From an uncultured Spirochaetota bacterium (GTDB lineage: Bacteria > Spirochaetota > Spirochaetia > SZUA-6 > Fen-1364): a stretch of DNA of 64,000 nucleotides. The position numbers and the translations under genes were made by a program. The first letter of the stretch is position 1, and each line of letters starts with the position of its first letter. Below, in pieces: positions 37,966 to 48,810 of this stretch. The DNA is taken from contig CAWAHW010000004.1 in the NCBI GenBank assembly GCA_963781885.1, forward strand, positions 288,001-352,000, read 5' to 3'. The notes under the pieces are model-generated. The model worked only from the letters and a program-made list of their open reading frames with translations. It had not been told where the DNA came from and made no database searches.

Positions 37966-39846
37966 TCAGCGCATCGCGCGCGTGGCATTCAGGATCGCCA
38001 CCAGCGCCACGCCCATGTCGGCAATCACCGCTTCCCACATCGTCGCCACGCCGAAGGCTCCCAGCCCGAGAAATATCCCCTTCACGCCGAGGGCGAAAAC
38101 GATGTTCTGGATGATGATGGCCCGCGTGGCGCGCGCGCGGGTGATGGCCTCCAGCACCTTGGCGGGGTTGTCAGACATGAGAACGACGTCGGCCGTTTCC
38201 ACCGCGGCGTCGGACGCGGATTTTCCCAGCGCAATGCCGACGTCCGCGCGCGCGAGCACCGGCGCGTCGTTGATGCCGTCGCCGACGAAGGCGGTCCGTC
38301 CCGGTCGTGCCCGCATGATCCCTTCCAGCCGCGTGACCTTCTCTCCCGGCAGCAGGTCGCCGTACAGCTCGTCGATGCCCAGCTCGTCGGCGGTTCTCCG
38401 CGCCACGGCGCCATCGTCCCCCGTGAGAAGGGCCGTGTGCGTCACCCCGAGCGCGCGCAGGCCGCGTATCGCCTCCTTTGCGCCGGGGCGCAGCTCGTCA
38501 CCGATCACGAGATAGCCGGCATAACGCCCGTCCACCGCGCAGTGGACGGCGGTCCCCTCCACGGTGCACGTGTCATGAACGACGCTGTTGGCATGCATGA
38601 GCCTGTCGTTGCCCGCGAGTATCGACCTTCCATCCACGGTCGCCATCACGCCTTCCCCGCCGAGCTCTCGATAAACGGCGGACAGGTTTCCGTCCACCGC
38701 TTTCCCATAGGCCAGACGAATGGAAGCGGCGATGGGATGGTTGGAGTGTGCTTCGGCCAGCGCGGCGTACCGCAGCAGGTCGGGCCCGGAAACACCGTTG
38801 CGCGGCTGCATGGACGTGACGCGGAAGCTTCCCTGGGTGAGGGTGCCGGTCTTGTCGAAAACCATTGTGCGCACGTTCGAGAGCGCATCGAGATAGGCCG
38901 CGCCCTTCACCAGGATGCCGTGGCGTGACGCGCCGCCCACGCCGCCGAAGTATCCAAGCGGGATGCTGATGACCAGCGCGCAGGGGCACGCGATCACGAG
39001 CATCGTGAGGGCACGATAGACCCAGGTGGACAGCATCGCGCCCGGGAGGAAGAGAGGCGGCAGGAATGCCACGAGGGCAGCGGCGACGACCACGGCCGGC
39101 GTATAGCGACGGGCGAACCGCGCAATGAAGCGCTCCGTGCGCGCCTTCTGACCCGCGGCGCCCTCCACCATCTTTGCGATCCGCGCGGCGCCGGAATTCG
39201 CGGCCGCGCGCGACACGTTCATCTCAATGGAGCCGTCGGTGCTGATGAAGCCGGCGAGCATCTCGCGGCCGGCAACGACCCGCCGCGGGACGCTCTCACC
39301 GGTCAGCGCGGAGGTGTCGACAAAGCCGGCGCCCGCGGTGACGACTCCATCCAGCGGGATGCGCTCGCCGGGACGCACCATGATCTGTTCGCCGACCCGC
39401 ACGTCCTCCGGTCTCACCTCGACGTGATGCCCGTCCCGCATGACGCGCGCGGAACTGGGCCGCAGAGAAAGCAGGGCGCCTATCGACCGCCTGCTGCGCT
39501 CCACGGAGAGATGCTGGAGGAGCTCACCTACCTTGTAGAACACCATGACCGCCACGGCCTCGGAGCGCTGGTGAATGATGAAGGCGCCCACCGTGGCGAT
39601 GGTCATCAGGAGGTTCTCGTTGAACACCCGGCCGCGCACGATGCCGCGAAAAGCCGCGGCAAGGACATTGCCGCCCACGACCAGGTACGCTGCGCCGAAG
39701 ACGACCCCGCTCATCCAGGGATAGCGCGACGCGGCAATCGCGGGGGCAAAGATGACGCCCACGCCAAGAAGCGCGCTGCCGAGAAGCAGAAGGAGGAGCT
39801 CCCGGGTGACGATGGATTTGGGGGCGGGGGTTCTGGCGCTGCTCAT
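37966..39846 (-). CDS. cadA: Heavy-metal (Cd/Zn/Co) P1B-type ATPase
   Basis: TGES, CPC, DKTGT, SNHP, GDGINDAP; no N-terminal HMA domain. Confidence 0.92.
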   Translation of the reverse strand: MSSARTPAPKSIVTRELLLLLLGSALLGVGVIFAPAIAASRYPWMSGVVFGAAYLVVGGNVLAAAFRGIVRGRVFNENLLMTIATVGAFIIHQRSEAVAVMVFYKVGELLQHLSVERSRRSIGALLSLRPSSARVMRDGHHVEVRPEDVRVGEQIMVRPGERIPLDGVVTAGAGFVDTSALTGESVPRRVVAGREMLAGFISTDGSIEMNVSRAAANSGAARIAKMVEGAAGQKARTERFIARFARRYTPAVVVAAALVAFLPPLFLPGAMLSTWVYRALTMLVIACPCALVISIPLGYFGGVGGASRHGILVKGAAYLDALSNVRTMVFDKTGTLTQGSFRVTSMQPRNGVSGPDLLRYAALAEAHSNHPIAASIRLAYGKAVDGNLSAVYRELGGEGVMATVDGRSILAGNDRLMHANSVVHDTCTVEGTAVHCAVDGRYAGYLVIGDELRPGAKEAIRGLRALGVTHTALLTGDDGAVARRTADELGIDELYGDLLPGEKVTRLEGIMRARPGRTAFVGDGINDAPVLARADVGIALGKSASDAAVETADVVLMSDNPAKVLEAITRARATRAIIIQNIVFALGVKGIFLGLGAFGVATMWEAVIADMGVALVAILNATRAMR

Positions 39847-40202
39847 GCCGTCCGCTCGCTTTCCGCGAGATGGACCCGCATGGATTCCAGCACCGCGCTC
39901 ACGTGGTCGTCGCTCAGTGAGTAATAGATGATCTTGCCGTCGCGCCGATGGGTGACCAGTCGGGCCGCCTTGAGCACGGCGAGCTGGTGGCTGATGGCAG
40001 ACACGCTCATGGCGAGCGTTTCACTCAAGTCACAGACGCAGAGCTCCCCCGCAAGAAGGGCGTGAAGGATCCGAAGCCTTGTCGATTCGCCCAGGGCCTT
40101 GAAGAAGCCTTCCATGACTGCAAGCTGGTCGGACTGGGGAAGGTGAGCACGCCCCGCTTCGACCGCTTGAGGGTGGATGACACGCGTCGTGCATCCCTGC
40201 AT
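39843..40202 (-). CDS. ArsR/SmtB-family metal-sensing repressor
   Basis: TRLRIL...ELCVCDL...SAISHQL..LK...YYSLSDDHV...H. Confidence 0.93.
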   Translation of the reverse strand: MQGCTTRVIHPQAVEAGRAHLPQSDQLAVMEGFFKALGESTRLRILHALLAGELCVCDLSETLAMSVSAISHQLAVLKAARLVTHRRDGKIIYYSLSDDHVSAVLESMRVHLAESERTA

Positions 40203-40217
40203 TGCGATACCCTCTCT

Positions 40218-40239
40218 CAATTGAACAAGCGTTCAAATG
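40218..40239. promoter_or_regulatory. SmtB/CadC-type operator
   Basis: CAATTGAAC-AAGC-GTTCAAATG with TTGAAC/GTTCAA arms; minus-strand TTGACT -35 at 40270-40265. Confidence 0.75.
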
Positions 40240-40351
40240 AAAAATAGCACGCAATAGGCTAAGCAGTCAATGGGGCGTTGAATGCCGCGGGTGCCGTGGC
40301 CGGGCCGGTGCGCCTGCCGAGCGGGTATGCCGCAGGCGGATCAAGGCATGG

Positions 40352-40609
40352 TCAGCTGATGTCCCTCAACTTCTGATCGAGCTCTTCCTTGGAAATCTCG
40401 CCTCGCGCGTAGCGCTGCTTCAGGATCTCCGCCGCCGAATCGGGGCGATACCCCTCACGTGAGCGGTCGTTTCCGCGAATGCGGGAGGTGTGCCGCAGGG
40501 CGACCACGACAACCGCAACGATCGCGACGATGAAGGCGGCCCTGAAGAGGAAGCCGAAAATGCCGAGGAATGGAATCCAGTGACCGAAATGACCAAAAGG
40601 CCAGAACAT
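40352..40609 (-). CDS. Small membrane protein with a SHOCT domain
   Basis: One TM helix then AEILKQRYARGEISKEE. Confidence 0.85.
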   Translation of the reverse strand: MFWPFGHFGHWIPFLGIFGFLFRAAFIVAIVAVVVVALRHTSRIRGNDRSREGYRPDSAAEILKQRYARGEISKEELDQKLRDIS

Positions 40610-40636
40610 GTTTGTCTCCTTCTCCGATGACCCATT

Positions 40637-42595
40637 TCATGCAACACCCGTCGAGGCCTCCCCTGCCACCGGGGAGGCGCCGCGCCTGAGCTGCGATTCG
40701 TAGAGTTGGGCGTAGAGGCCTCCGCTGCGGGCAAGCTCCCCGTGGGTGCCGCGCTCCACGATGACGCCCCTGTCCATGACGAGGATGACATCCGCCGCGA
40801 GCACCGTGCTGAGCCGGTGCGCGATGACGATGGAGGTGCGGCCCCTCATGACGCGCGTGAGCGCCTCCTGGATGAGCTCCTCCGAGGTGCTGTCGAGGTG
40901 GCTGGTCGCCTCGTCAAGGACCAGGATGCGCGGGTCCTTGAGCACCACCCGTGCGATCGCCACGCGCTGCTTCTCCCCGCCGGAGAGCCTGTAGCCGCGC
41001 TCGCCCACCAGCGTGTCGTACCCGTCGGGAAGCTCGTGGATGAAGTGCGAGATATTCGCCGCATCGCAGGCAGCCTCCAGCTCGTCCATCGAGGCATCGG
41101 GCTTTGCAAACAGAAGATTCGCGCGAATGGTATCGTGGAAGAGATAGGTCTCCTGCATCACCATTCCGACGGCGGCGGACAGCGTCTCCAGCGCCAGGTC
41201 GCGGATGTCGACACCGTCCAGAAGCACCCGGCCCGCGGTGGGGTCGTAGAGGCGCGGTATGAGGTAGCTCATCGTGGTCTTGCCGGCGCCGCTCGGGCCG
41301 ACGACGGCGACGAGCTGCCCGGGGGAGGCGGTAAAGCTCACATCGACGAGCGCCTGGGACCGGGCCTGACTGGGTCTCGCCGGCCGATCCGCGGCATCGG
41401 GCTCCCGCGGCGTCCCCGAGATGATGCCGCCGATCATGTCGGCCCGGCCCACCCGCTTCACGTGGCTGAGGAGCACGTCGTCGGCCGATGCCGCATACGA
41501 AAAGCCGACGCGCTCGAAGGCAAGCTCGCCGCTCACCGACGGAAGCACGACGGGGCTCTGCCTTTCGCGGATGTCGAGGGGGAGATCGATCACCTCGAAG
41601 ACGCGCTCGAAGCTCACCATCGACTGCGCGAAGGCCACCGGCGCGCCCGCAAGGGACCTGAGCGGCCCGTAGAGCTGGCCGAGGTACGAGCTGAAGGCCA
41701 CGATCGTCCCGATGGTGAACACGCCACTGATGACAAGGTGTCCGCCGGCCAGGTAGACCAGAGCCGTGCCCACCGCGCCGACCATTCCCATGAGCGCGAA
41801 GAACCTGCTCGCGGCGGTGGACTGCCGGACGCTGATTCCGCGCAGCGCCCCCGCGCGCGTCCTGAACCTGTCCACCTCCGCCGCGTGCCGTCCGAAGAGC
41901 TTCACGAGCAGCATGCCGCTGATATTGAGCGTCTCCTGCATGAGCGCGTTCATCCGTGCCGACTCTTCCATCTGCGTGCGGGCGATCTCGCGCAGGCGCC
42001 GGCCCAGGCGCCGCGCGACGAGCGTGAAGAGCGGAAGCACGACGAGGCCAAGAAGCGTGAGCCGCCAGTCGAGCGCGAGCATCACGAGGAGCGTGGCGAC
42101 CACGGTCACGAGATTCGTCACGATGTCGACGATGGTCGAGCTGATGGCCGTCTGCGCCCCCATCACGTCGTTGTTCATGCGGCTCATCAGCTCGCCGGTC
42201 TTGTTGTGCGTGAAAAAGCGCAGCGACATGCGCTGGAGGTGGGAATAGAGGGCGAGGCGGAGGTCATAGATCACGCCCGAGCCGATGCGCGTGGTGAGCC
42301 AGCTCTCGATGACGCTGAACACGCCGCCGGCAACCGGTATGGCAAGCAGCCCGAGGGCGAGCAGGTCCAGCTCCCGCACGTCCGCGCGTGGAATGGCGCG
42401 GTCGATGAGCTCGCGGAAGAGCAGCGGCGAGACGAGGGAGAGGGCCGTGCCGGCAAGGATGACGACGAGCAGCAGCACGCTGCGGCCCACGTAGGGTCGC
42501 GCGTAGGCTGCCACGCGCTTCAGGAGCGGCCACGTGATGTGCTTCAAGGCTTCGCGGCCGGGCTCCTCGCCCTGCAGCCAGAAACGATCGTGCAT
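40637..42595 (-). CDS. ABC exporter (TMD+NBD)
   Basis: Start MHDRFW (TGATG overlap with the MFS stop); GPSGAGKTT, LSGGEKQR, LDEATSHLD. Confidence 0.92.
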   Translation of the reverse strand: MHDRFWLQGEEPGREALKHITWPLLKRVAAYARPYVGRSVLLLVVILAGTALSLVSPLLFRELIDRAIPRADVRELDLLALGLLAIPVAGGVFSVIESWLTTRIGSGVIYDLRLALYSHLQRMSLRFFTHNKTGELMSRMNNDVMGAQTAISSTIVDIVTNLVTVVATLLVMLALDWRLTLLGLVVLPLFTLVARRLGRRLREIARTQMEESARMNALMQETLNISGMLLVKLFGRHAAEVDRFRTRAGALRGISVRQSTAASRFFALMGMVGAVGTALVYLAGGHLVISGVFTIGTIVAFSSYLGQLYGPLRSLAGAPVAFAQSMVSFERVFEVIDLPLDIRERQSPVVLPSVSGELAFERVGFSYAASADDVLLSHVKRVGRADMIGGIISGTPREPDAADRPARPSQARSQALVDVSFTASPGQLVAVVGPSGAGKTTMSYLIPRLYDPTAGRVLLDGVDIRDLALETLSAAVGMVMQETYLFHDTIRANLLFAKPDASMDELEAACDAANISHFIHELPDGYDTLVGERGYRLSGGEKQRVAIARVVLKDPRILVLDEATSHLDSTSEELIQEALTRVMRGRTSIVIAHRLSTVLAADVILVMDRGVIVERGTHGELARSGGLYAQLYESQLRRGASPVAGEASTGVA

Positions 42596-44028
42596 CAGCG
42601 GTCCTCCCGCGGCGGACCGGCCGGTTCGACGGCCGTCGCGGCAACACCGCGCATCGCGCCCCGGGCGAGCGACGCGGCGATGCCCATCACGCACAGTGCG
42701 GCGAAAACAAGGAATCCGACGCGGAAGGCGCGGAGGAAGGCCCCGTACTGGTCGGGGGTGATCTCCACCTGCCCGACGTAGAGTGCGATGATGAGCGCCG
42801 CGACGCCCATGCTCAGCATCTGGCCGATCAGCCGCATGACGGCGGTCGTGGCCGAGGCGACGCCGTACTGCCGCCGCTCCACGGACCCCATGATCGCGCT
42901 CGTGTTCGGGGAGGAGAAGAAGGCGAAACCCAGACCGCAGAGAACAAGGATGAGCACGATGGCGACAAGCGGCGTCGCGGCGCCCAGGAATGCCGTGAGG
43001 AGAAGACCCGTCGCGCTCATCGCCATGCCGAGGGAGGCAAGCACGCGCGGCTCGATCCTGTCGGAAAGCCGCCCCGCAAGCGGAGAAAAGACCGCCATCA
43101 TCACCGGTTGCGATAGCAGGACGAGCCCCGCGGTCCAGGGGCTCATGCCTTTGACGTACTGGAGGTAGAGGCTCACCAGGAAAGAAATGGCGTACGTGGC
43201 CGCGTAGTTGACCAGGGCGGCGAGGCTGGAAAAGGCAAAGACGGTGTTCCGACGGAAGAGGCTCACCTCCATGACCGGGGACGCCGTCCTTCCCTCGCGG
43301 AAAATGAAGCCGGCAAAAACGGCCGCGCCGCCCACCAGGAGCACGCCGCCGTACAGGGAGGGAAGGAGGCGGAAGCCGTACATGACGCCCAGGAGCGCCA
43401 CGCCGTAGAGCAGCGATCCGATCAGGTCCATCTTCTGGCCGCGCGCATCGGCCCATTCCCCCCGCATCTTCCACAGGGTCATCGCCACCACGATGAGGCC
43501 CAGGAGCGTCGTGAGCCAGAAGATGCTCCGCCATCCGAATGCCTGGGTGAGGAAGCCGCCCACGAAAGGTCCGAGCGCGGTGCCTGAATAGACGGTGGCG
43601 ACCGTGACGCCGAGGGCCCGACCGCGCTGTTCGGGAGGATAGACCGAGGTGACGATTGCCGTGGACGTGCCGAACATCATCGCGTCGGTGAAGCCCTGGA
43701 GCGCGCGCAGCGCGATGAGCATCGCCTCCGACGTCGCCAGCGTGCAGAGAAAGGACACCACGGTGTAGCCGATCATGCCGGTGAGAAAGACTTTCCGGCG
43801 GCCGCGGATGTCCGCCAGCCGTCCCATGGGGACCAGGAAGACCGCCGCGGCGAGCAGGTACGCCGTGGTGATCCAGCTCAGCGTGATCGCATCCGCCCCG
43901 TACTCCTTGCCGATCGTCGGGAGCGCGATGTTGATGGAGGTTGCCATGAAGGGCGTGAGAAATGACGCCATCGCCGCGACGAGCAGGACCACCCGCTTGT
44001 CGACGTTGCCGGACTCGGGTTGCTTCAT
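42595..44028 (-). CDS. MFS drug:H+ antiporter (EmrB/QacA-like)
   Basis: INIALPTI, GRLADIRGRRKVF, RALQG, about 14 TM helices. Confidence 0.92.
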   Translation of the reverse strand: MKQPESGNVDKRVVLLVAAMASFLTPFMATSINIALPTIGKEYGADAITLSWITTAYLLAAAVFLVPMGRLADIRGRRKVFLTGMIGYTVVSFLCTLATSEAMLIALRALQGFTDAMMFGTSTAIVTSVYPPEQRGRALGVTVATVYSGTALGPFVGGFLTQAFGWRSIFWLTTLLGLIVVAMTLWKMRGEWADARGQKMDLIGSLLYGVALLGVMYGFRLLPSLYGGVLLVGGAAVFAGFIFREGRTASPVMEVSLFRRNTVFAFSSLAALVNYAATYAISFLVSLYLQYVKGMSPWTAGLVLLSQPVMMAVFSPLAGRLSDRIEPRVLASLGMAMSATGLLLTAFLGAATPLVAIVLILVLCGLGFAFFSSPNTSAIMGSVERRQYGVASATTAVMRLIGQMLSMGVAALIIALYVGQVEITPDQYGAFLRAFRVGFLVFAALCVMGIAASLARGAMRGVAATAVEPAGPPREDR

Positions 44029-44070
44029 CCGTCTAAGATACTCTTGCCGATGGCAGAGTGGGCAGAGGGG

Positions 44071-44745
44071 TCATTCCTCCAGGAAGCCCAGCTCCCGGGC
44101 CTTGAGGGCGGCCTGCGTCCTGTCGCGGGCGTCGATCTTGGCGAGGATCGTGCTCACGTGATTTTTCACCGTGCCTTCGGCGAGGAAGAGCTTCTCCGCG
44201 ATCTCCTTGTTGCTGAGCCCGCGGGCAAGCAGGCCGAGCACGGCGCGCTCCCGGCCGGAGAGGGGCTCCACGAGGTGCTTCTGGGCCGCGGTGGTGGGCC
44301 GTGACAGGCGCGCAAAGGCGTCCATGACCTTCCGCGCCACCGTGGGCTGGAGCGCCGCTCCTCCGCCCGCGATGGTGCGCACGGCGGCCGCCAGGTCCGC
44401 GCCCGACACGTCTTTCAGAAGGTAGCCGCAGGCACCGGCGCGCACTGCCTCGAAGACAAGCTCGTCTTCGTCGAATGTCGTGAGCACCAGGATCTTCGCG
44501 CCGGGCGCGCGCCCCCGGATCCGACGCGTCGCCTCCACGCCGTCCATGCGCGGCATGCGGATGTCCATAAGCACGACATCGGGCGCGAGCTTTTCGAATG
44601 CCTCCACGGCCGCCACGCCGTCGACGGCCTCGCCGGCGATTGCGATGTCCTTTTCCATCTCCAGAAGCGTGCGCAGCCCTTCACGCATGAGCTGCTGGTC
44701 GTCCACGAGCAGCACGCGCAGCGTCGCGGGTTTCGGCTCAGCCAT
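44071..44745 (-). CDS. NarL/LuxR-family response regulator
   Basis: VLLVDDQ, LMDIRMP, GLSNKEIA...TVKNHVS. Confidence 0.95.
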   Translation of the reverse strand: MAEPKPATLRVLLVDDQQLMREGLRTLLEMEKDIAIAGEAVDGVAAVEAFEKLAPDVVLMDIRMPRMDGVEATRRIRGRAPGAKILVLTTFDEDELVFEAVRAGACGYLLKDVSGADLAAAVRTIAGGGAALQPTVARKVMDAFARLSRPTTAAQKHLVEPLSGRERAVLGLLARGLSNKEIAEKLFLAEGTVKNHVSTILAKIDARDRTQAALKARELGFLEE

Positions 44746-45955
44746 GGGCGACACCCGTCGCGGACGGCAGGACGAGACGAAGCTCGGCGCCGCCGTCGGC
44801 TGCCGCCTCCAGGTCCACCCGGCCGCCGAACGCCGCCGCGCGTGCGCGCAGGTTGCCCAGGCCAAAGCCGCTTCCGCCGAACGCGGGAGCCGGCGCGCCC
44901 GGCGCGGGCAGTCCCCGGCCGTTGTCCCGGCAGGTAAGGACGTAGGCGTTCCCCTCTTCGCGCAGACTGAGCGTGATGCGGGTGGCAGCGGCATGCTTCT
45001 GCACGTTCGTGAGCGCCTCCTGCGCGGTGCGGACGATCACCTGCTTGCGTTCGGGCTCGGGCTCGGGAAGACCGGGCGGAAGGTCGAGAGTCACCGCCGC
45101 CTCCGCTCCCTGCGCGAAGACGTCCACCAGCGCGGCGAGCACTTCGGGCAGCGTCTGCGCGCCCGGCAGATCCGTCCGCAGCGCGCTCACGGCCGCCCGC
45201 AGCTCGTCGAGGCCCTGGCGGACCTGTGTCCGGGAGGTTTCCACCATGCGCGCCGCCCGCTCGGGCTCGGTCGGAATCAGGCGCGCGGCGCCCTCGAGGA
45301 TCACCGCCGCCGCCGTCAGCTTGTGGCCCACGGCATCGTGCATTTCCCGCGCCAGGCGCTGCCGCTCGTCCATGACGGCCATGTCGCGCAGGCGTCCCTG
45401 GGCCCTCGTGAGCTCGGCAAGGAGCTGCTCGCTTTCCGCCTGCGCCTGCAGGGAGCGGCGGAATGCAACGGCGAAGGCGATGAAGGCGAAAAAGCCCGCG
45501 CCGTAGCTGAGCATCGAGGACAGCCAGTACCGGTCGCCGGTGACTATAAGGCAGACAAGAAGTGCCACGGACGCGCCCGCCACCCACGCAATGGATATGC
45601 CGACCGGCATGCGCATGCCGACGATCGTGCAGATCACGAAGAAGAGGATCGCGCCGTATATCGGCACGGTACCCCACACCATGATGGCGACGACGATCAC
45701 CGACGCCGCGAGCGCCGATACAAGAAAGCGCCCTTTCCCCCCATGATGCTCGGTGTAAAAGACGAATGAGAGGCACGCCGCGAACGCCGCCAGGAGCCCC
45801 GCGACCAGCCAGAAGCGCGATCCCACGGGGATCTCCAGGAGCTGGGCAACGGCCACGCCCGCCACGGTGAGGTATCCCGCCACGTGCAGGATCGCATAGC
45901 GGTGTCGCTTCCTCATGCGGAGCTTTTCGACGGCCAGAAAGTCATCAAGCGGCAT
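44738..45955 (-). CDS. Membrane sensor histidine kinase (HisKA_3)
   Basis: Several TM helices; ERQRLAREMHD, QEALTNVQKH, DNGRG, GFGLGNL. Confidence 0.9.
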   Translation of the reverse strand: MPLDDFLAVEKLRMRKRHRYAILHVAGYLTVAGVAVAQLLEIPVGSRFWLVAGLLAAFAACLSFVFYTEHHGGKGRFLVSALAASVIVVAIMVWGTVPIYGAILFFVICTIVGMRMPVGISIAWVAGASVALLVCLIVTGDRYWLSSMLSYGAGFFAFIAFAVAFRRSLQAQAESEQLLAELTRAQGRLRDMAVMDERQRLAREMHDAVGHKLTAAAVILEGAARLIPTEPERAARMVETSRTQVRQGLDELRAAVSALRTDLPGAQTLPEVLAALVDVFAQGAEAAVTLDLPPGLPEPEPERKQVIVRTAQEALTNVQKHAAATRITLSLREEGNAYVLTCRDNGRGLPAPGAPAPAFGGSGFGLGNLRARAAAFGGRVDLEAAADGGAELRLVLPSATGVAHG

Positions 45956-45972
45956 GCCGTCAGTATACCACG

Positions 45973-47101
45973 TCACGCGATGGACGCCCGGCGCCGCCAG
46001 GAGGCGAAAGCCGCCAGGACGAAAACCGCCGCGCCGAAAGCGAGCAGAAGCAGCATGCTGTGCACCGCGGGCCCCGTCGTCGCTGACGGGGAGAGGACGG
46101 CGAGGAAGCCATCCATCGCCCAGCCCGCCGGATCGATCTTCGTCACGGTCCGCAGCGACGCGGGGAAGAAGGCGGAGGGATACCAGCACCCGCCGAACAC
46201 GGCGAGGACCATGGCGAGTGCCAGCCCGAGCGATCCCGCCTGCCGGGAGGTCCGACAGACGGCGCCCAGCAGGGCTCCCATCGCCGCGCCTGCCAGGCAG
46301 AAGGAGACGCTCAGGCCCAGAAGCGCCGCGGGGTGGGAGAACCAAGAGAGACCGAACACGAGCGCGCCGAACCCGATCAGGAGCGCTATCTGCGCGAGGG
46401 CCCCGAGCATTTCCGAAACCACGCTTGCCGCGGTGACGATGCCGCGCGGCGCCGGGGTCGTCCTCACCCTCCGCATCGTTCCCCGCCTCCGTTCCGTGAT
46501 GAATCCCGCGCCCAGGCCGAGCAGCGGCACGAGCGCCCACGTGATGATCTGGCCGGCATTCCCGGTGGCGGCGGCGGACGGCGCTTCGAGGGTGCCGCTC
46601 GTGAGCGAGGGTCCGCGGGCTGCCGGCGCGGCGGCAGGTGTTGCCGTTGCTGGCGCGCGCAAGCCCTGCTGCGACCCTGGCCTGCGCGGCAGAAAGCCAG
46701 TCTCCCACCTGCCGTGCCGTGGCGCCGGCAGACCCGCGCCATGGGGAAAGCTTGAACGTGAGCGTAAACGGCAGCGCGCTCCCGGATGAGCCCCCGGTTG
46801 TGAGACTGAGAAGCAGGTCGGGGTCGGATGTGCTGATGAGCGCCGTGGGATCGGTCACCTCGCGCAGGCGGATACCGGGCATCTGTCCCAGCATCGCCGT
46901 GAATGCGCGGCTAGCGGGGGATTCCACCGTGTCTTGGAGAAGCACGAGAGGCGCCGCGGCGGCCTTGCCGCTGCCGGTCATCGACGCGCCGGCGAGGACC
47001 ACCGTGAAAACCACCGGCAGCAGGATGAAAAACACGAGCTCCAGGGGTGAGGAGAACCTGACGCGCAGGTCCTTGATGATGATCGCGATGAATGCGCGCA
47101 T
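45973..47101 (-). CDS. ABC-2 permease; frameshift near 46665
   Basis: N-half (IIIKDLR...FFILLPVVF) in one frame, C-half (ERRRGTMRR...GGCWYP) in ORF 45973-46662. Confidence 0.8.
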
Positions 47102-47103
47102 GA

Positions 47104-47859
47104 CTATCTCCTTGTCACCGACGGTGTGCGGGCGCGGAGCGCAGAGGCGATCCACAGCACCGCGGTCATGATTCCCAGCGCGCCCAGGTCGCGCAGGACG
47201 CTCGCGGGGCCGCCGCCCAGCGCAAGAGAAAAAAAGGCGTGCTGACCCCAGTAGTTCGGGGTGATGCGTGCAAGGGTATCAATCCAGGGTGTCGTGGGGA
47301 TGACCGCCGCAAAGCTCCTGCTCATGATGCCGAATACCAGCGTGAGCGCCATGCCCAAAGCATTGATGCGGCTTGGGGTGCGGCCCAGAGAGATCAGGAG
47401 CGCGATCCACCCGCTCGCGCAGACGGCGAGCACGAGACAGACCAGGAGAATGACTCCCACGGGCCCCCAGGACAGCCCGTAGAGCAGGCTGGAGATCCCG
47501 ATGAGCACCAGGAGCTGGAGGAAAAGCAGCACGATGTGCGATGCCGTGCTGCCCGCCGTGATGGAGATGTCGGCGATCGGCGCGGAGCGCAGGCGGTCGC
47601 GCACCCCGCGGTCGGTGTCCTCCGCGATTGTCTTCGCGGACTGCCGGACGGTGAGCATCATGAAGAAAAGGGCCATGCCCGGAGCGATGTACGACAGCGC
47701 GTCGAAGCCGCCCGCGGGCGCCGTCTGGAACGGGGTATGCCCCGCCACCAGTCCGATCGCGACGATCAGGACGATCGGCACGACGAGCGTCATGAGCAGA
47801 CCCACCGGATCGCGCAGCGCCCTCTTCAGATCCTGCCAGGCAATGATGAAGAGCGCCAT
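47104..47859 (-). CDS. ABC-2 permease
   Basis: DLKRALRDP...Y.APGMALFF...RLRSAP...ITPNYW. Confidence 0.85.
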   Translation of the reverse strand: MALFIIAWQDLKRALRDPVGLLMTLVVPIVLIVAIGLVAGHTPFQTAPAGGFDALSYIAPGMALFFMMLTVRQSAKTIAEDTDRGVRDRLRSAPIADISITAGSTASHIVLLFLQLLVLIGISSLLYGLSWGPVGVILLVCLVLAVCASGWIALLISLGRTPSRINALGMALTLVFGIMSRSFAAVIPTTPWIDTLARITPNYWGQHAFFSLALGGGPASVLRDLGALGIMTAVLWIASALRARTPSVTRR

Positions 47860-48810
47860 CACTCGCCTCCCTGCGCGACCAGCTCGCGCCCGGTGTAGGC
47901 AAGGAAGACCGTCTCGAGGTTCGGCTCCCGTATCTCGATGTCGCGTAGCGTGGCGCGGACGGTGGCGGCGGCCTCCACGATCCGCGGCAGAAGCTGGCGG
48001 ACGCGCGGTGCCGTCACGGTGACGTGCGCCCCGTCATTCTCCACCGAAAGGCCCGGCACGGTGCGCAGCGACGCCGACAGCCGATCCCCCTCCTCCTTGC
48101 CCGCGAGCGCCACGCGGAGCCTTTCGCTGCCGCCGACGCTCGCCGCCAGCTCCCGGCAGGTGCCCACGGCAAGGAGCTTCCCGTGATCGATGATGCCGAC
48201 CCGGTCGGAGAGCTCCTCCGCCTCGGCCATGTAGTGCGTCGTGTAGAGAATGGTCGTGCCTTCATGCCTGAGCTGCCAGGATGAGGTCGAGCACGGATCG
48301 CCTGCTCTGCGGATCGATGCCCACGGTGGGCTCGTCCATGAACACCAGGCGTGGCGCGTGCAGCAGGCCGGCGGCGATATTCAGGCGCCTCTTCATGCCG
48401 CCGGAGAGCGTCTTCACCGTGCTGCGCGCCCGGTCGGCAAGATCGACCTTGTCCATGATCGCCTCGATGCGGCGGCGCAGGTCGGCGCCGTGCAGCCCGT
48501 AGAGGCGCCCCCAGAAGAGCAGGTTGTCCATCGCCGAAAGCTCCTCGTAGAGGGCGATCTCCTGCGGGACGACGCCGAACAGCCGGCGCAGCGCCGCGCT
48601 GCGTCCGCGCACGGAAATGCCGTCGATGCGCGCGTCCCCGCCGCTGGGCTCCACGAGCGCGGAGAGCATGCCGATGGTGGTGCTCTTGCCGGCGCCATTG
48701 GGTCCGAGCAGGCTGAAGACCTCCCCTTCCTGTATCTCAAAGCTCACGCCGTCGACGGCCGTGAGGCTCCCGAACTGTTTCCGCAAATCCATGATCTCAA
48801 CGAGTGCCAT
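47859..48810 (-). CDS. ABC transporter ATP-binding protein; frameshift near 48276
   Basis: GPNGAGKST, LSGGMKRR, DEPTVGID, then TTHYMAEAEELSDR in the next frame. Confidence 0.88.

Noticed and set aside
40637-43534. 965-aa ABC protein with a long N-terminal extension
   Set aside because: The extension is off-frame MFS sequence; the real start is the ATG at 42595 (TGATG coupling). The same applies to the extended ORFs for malQ, NtrC and the 57578 ATPase
44738-47155. 805-aa apparent permease-kinase fusion
   Set aside because: Artifact of the frameshift near 46665, which joins the permease N-half through nonsense sequence to the separate kinase starting at 45955
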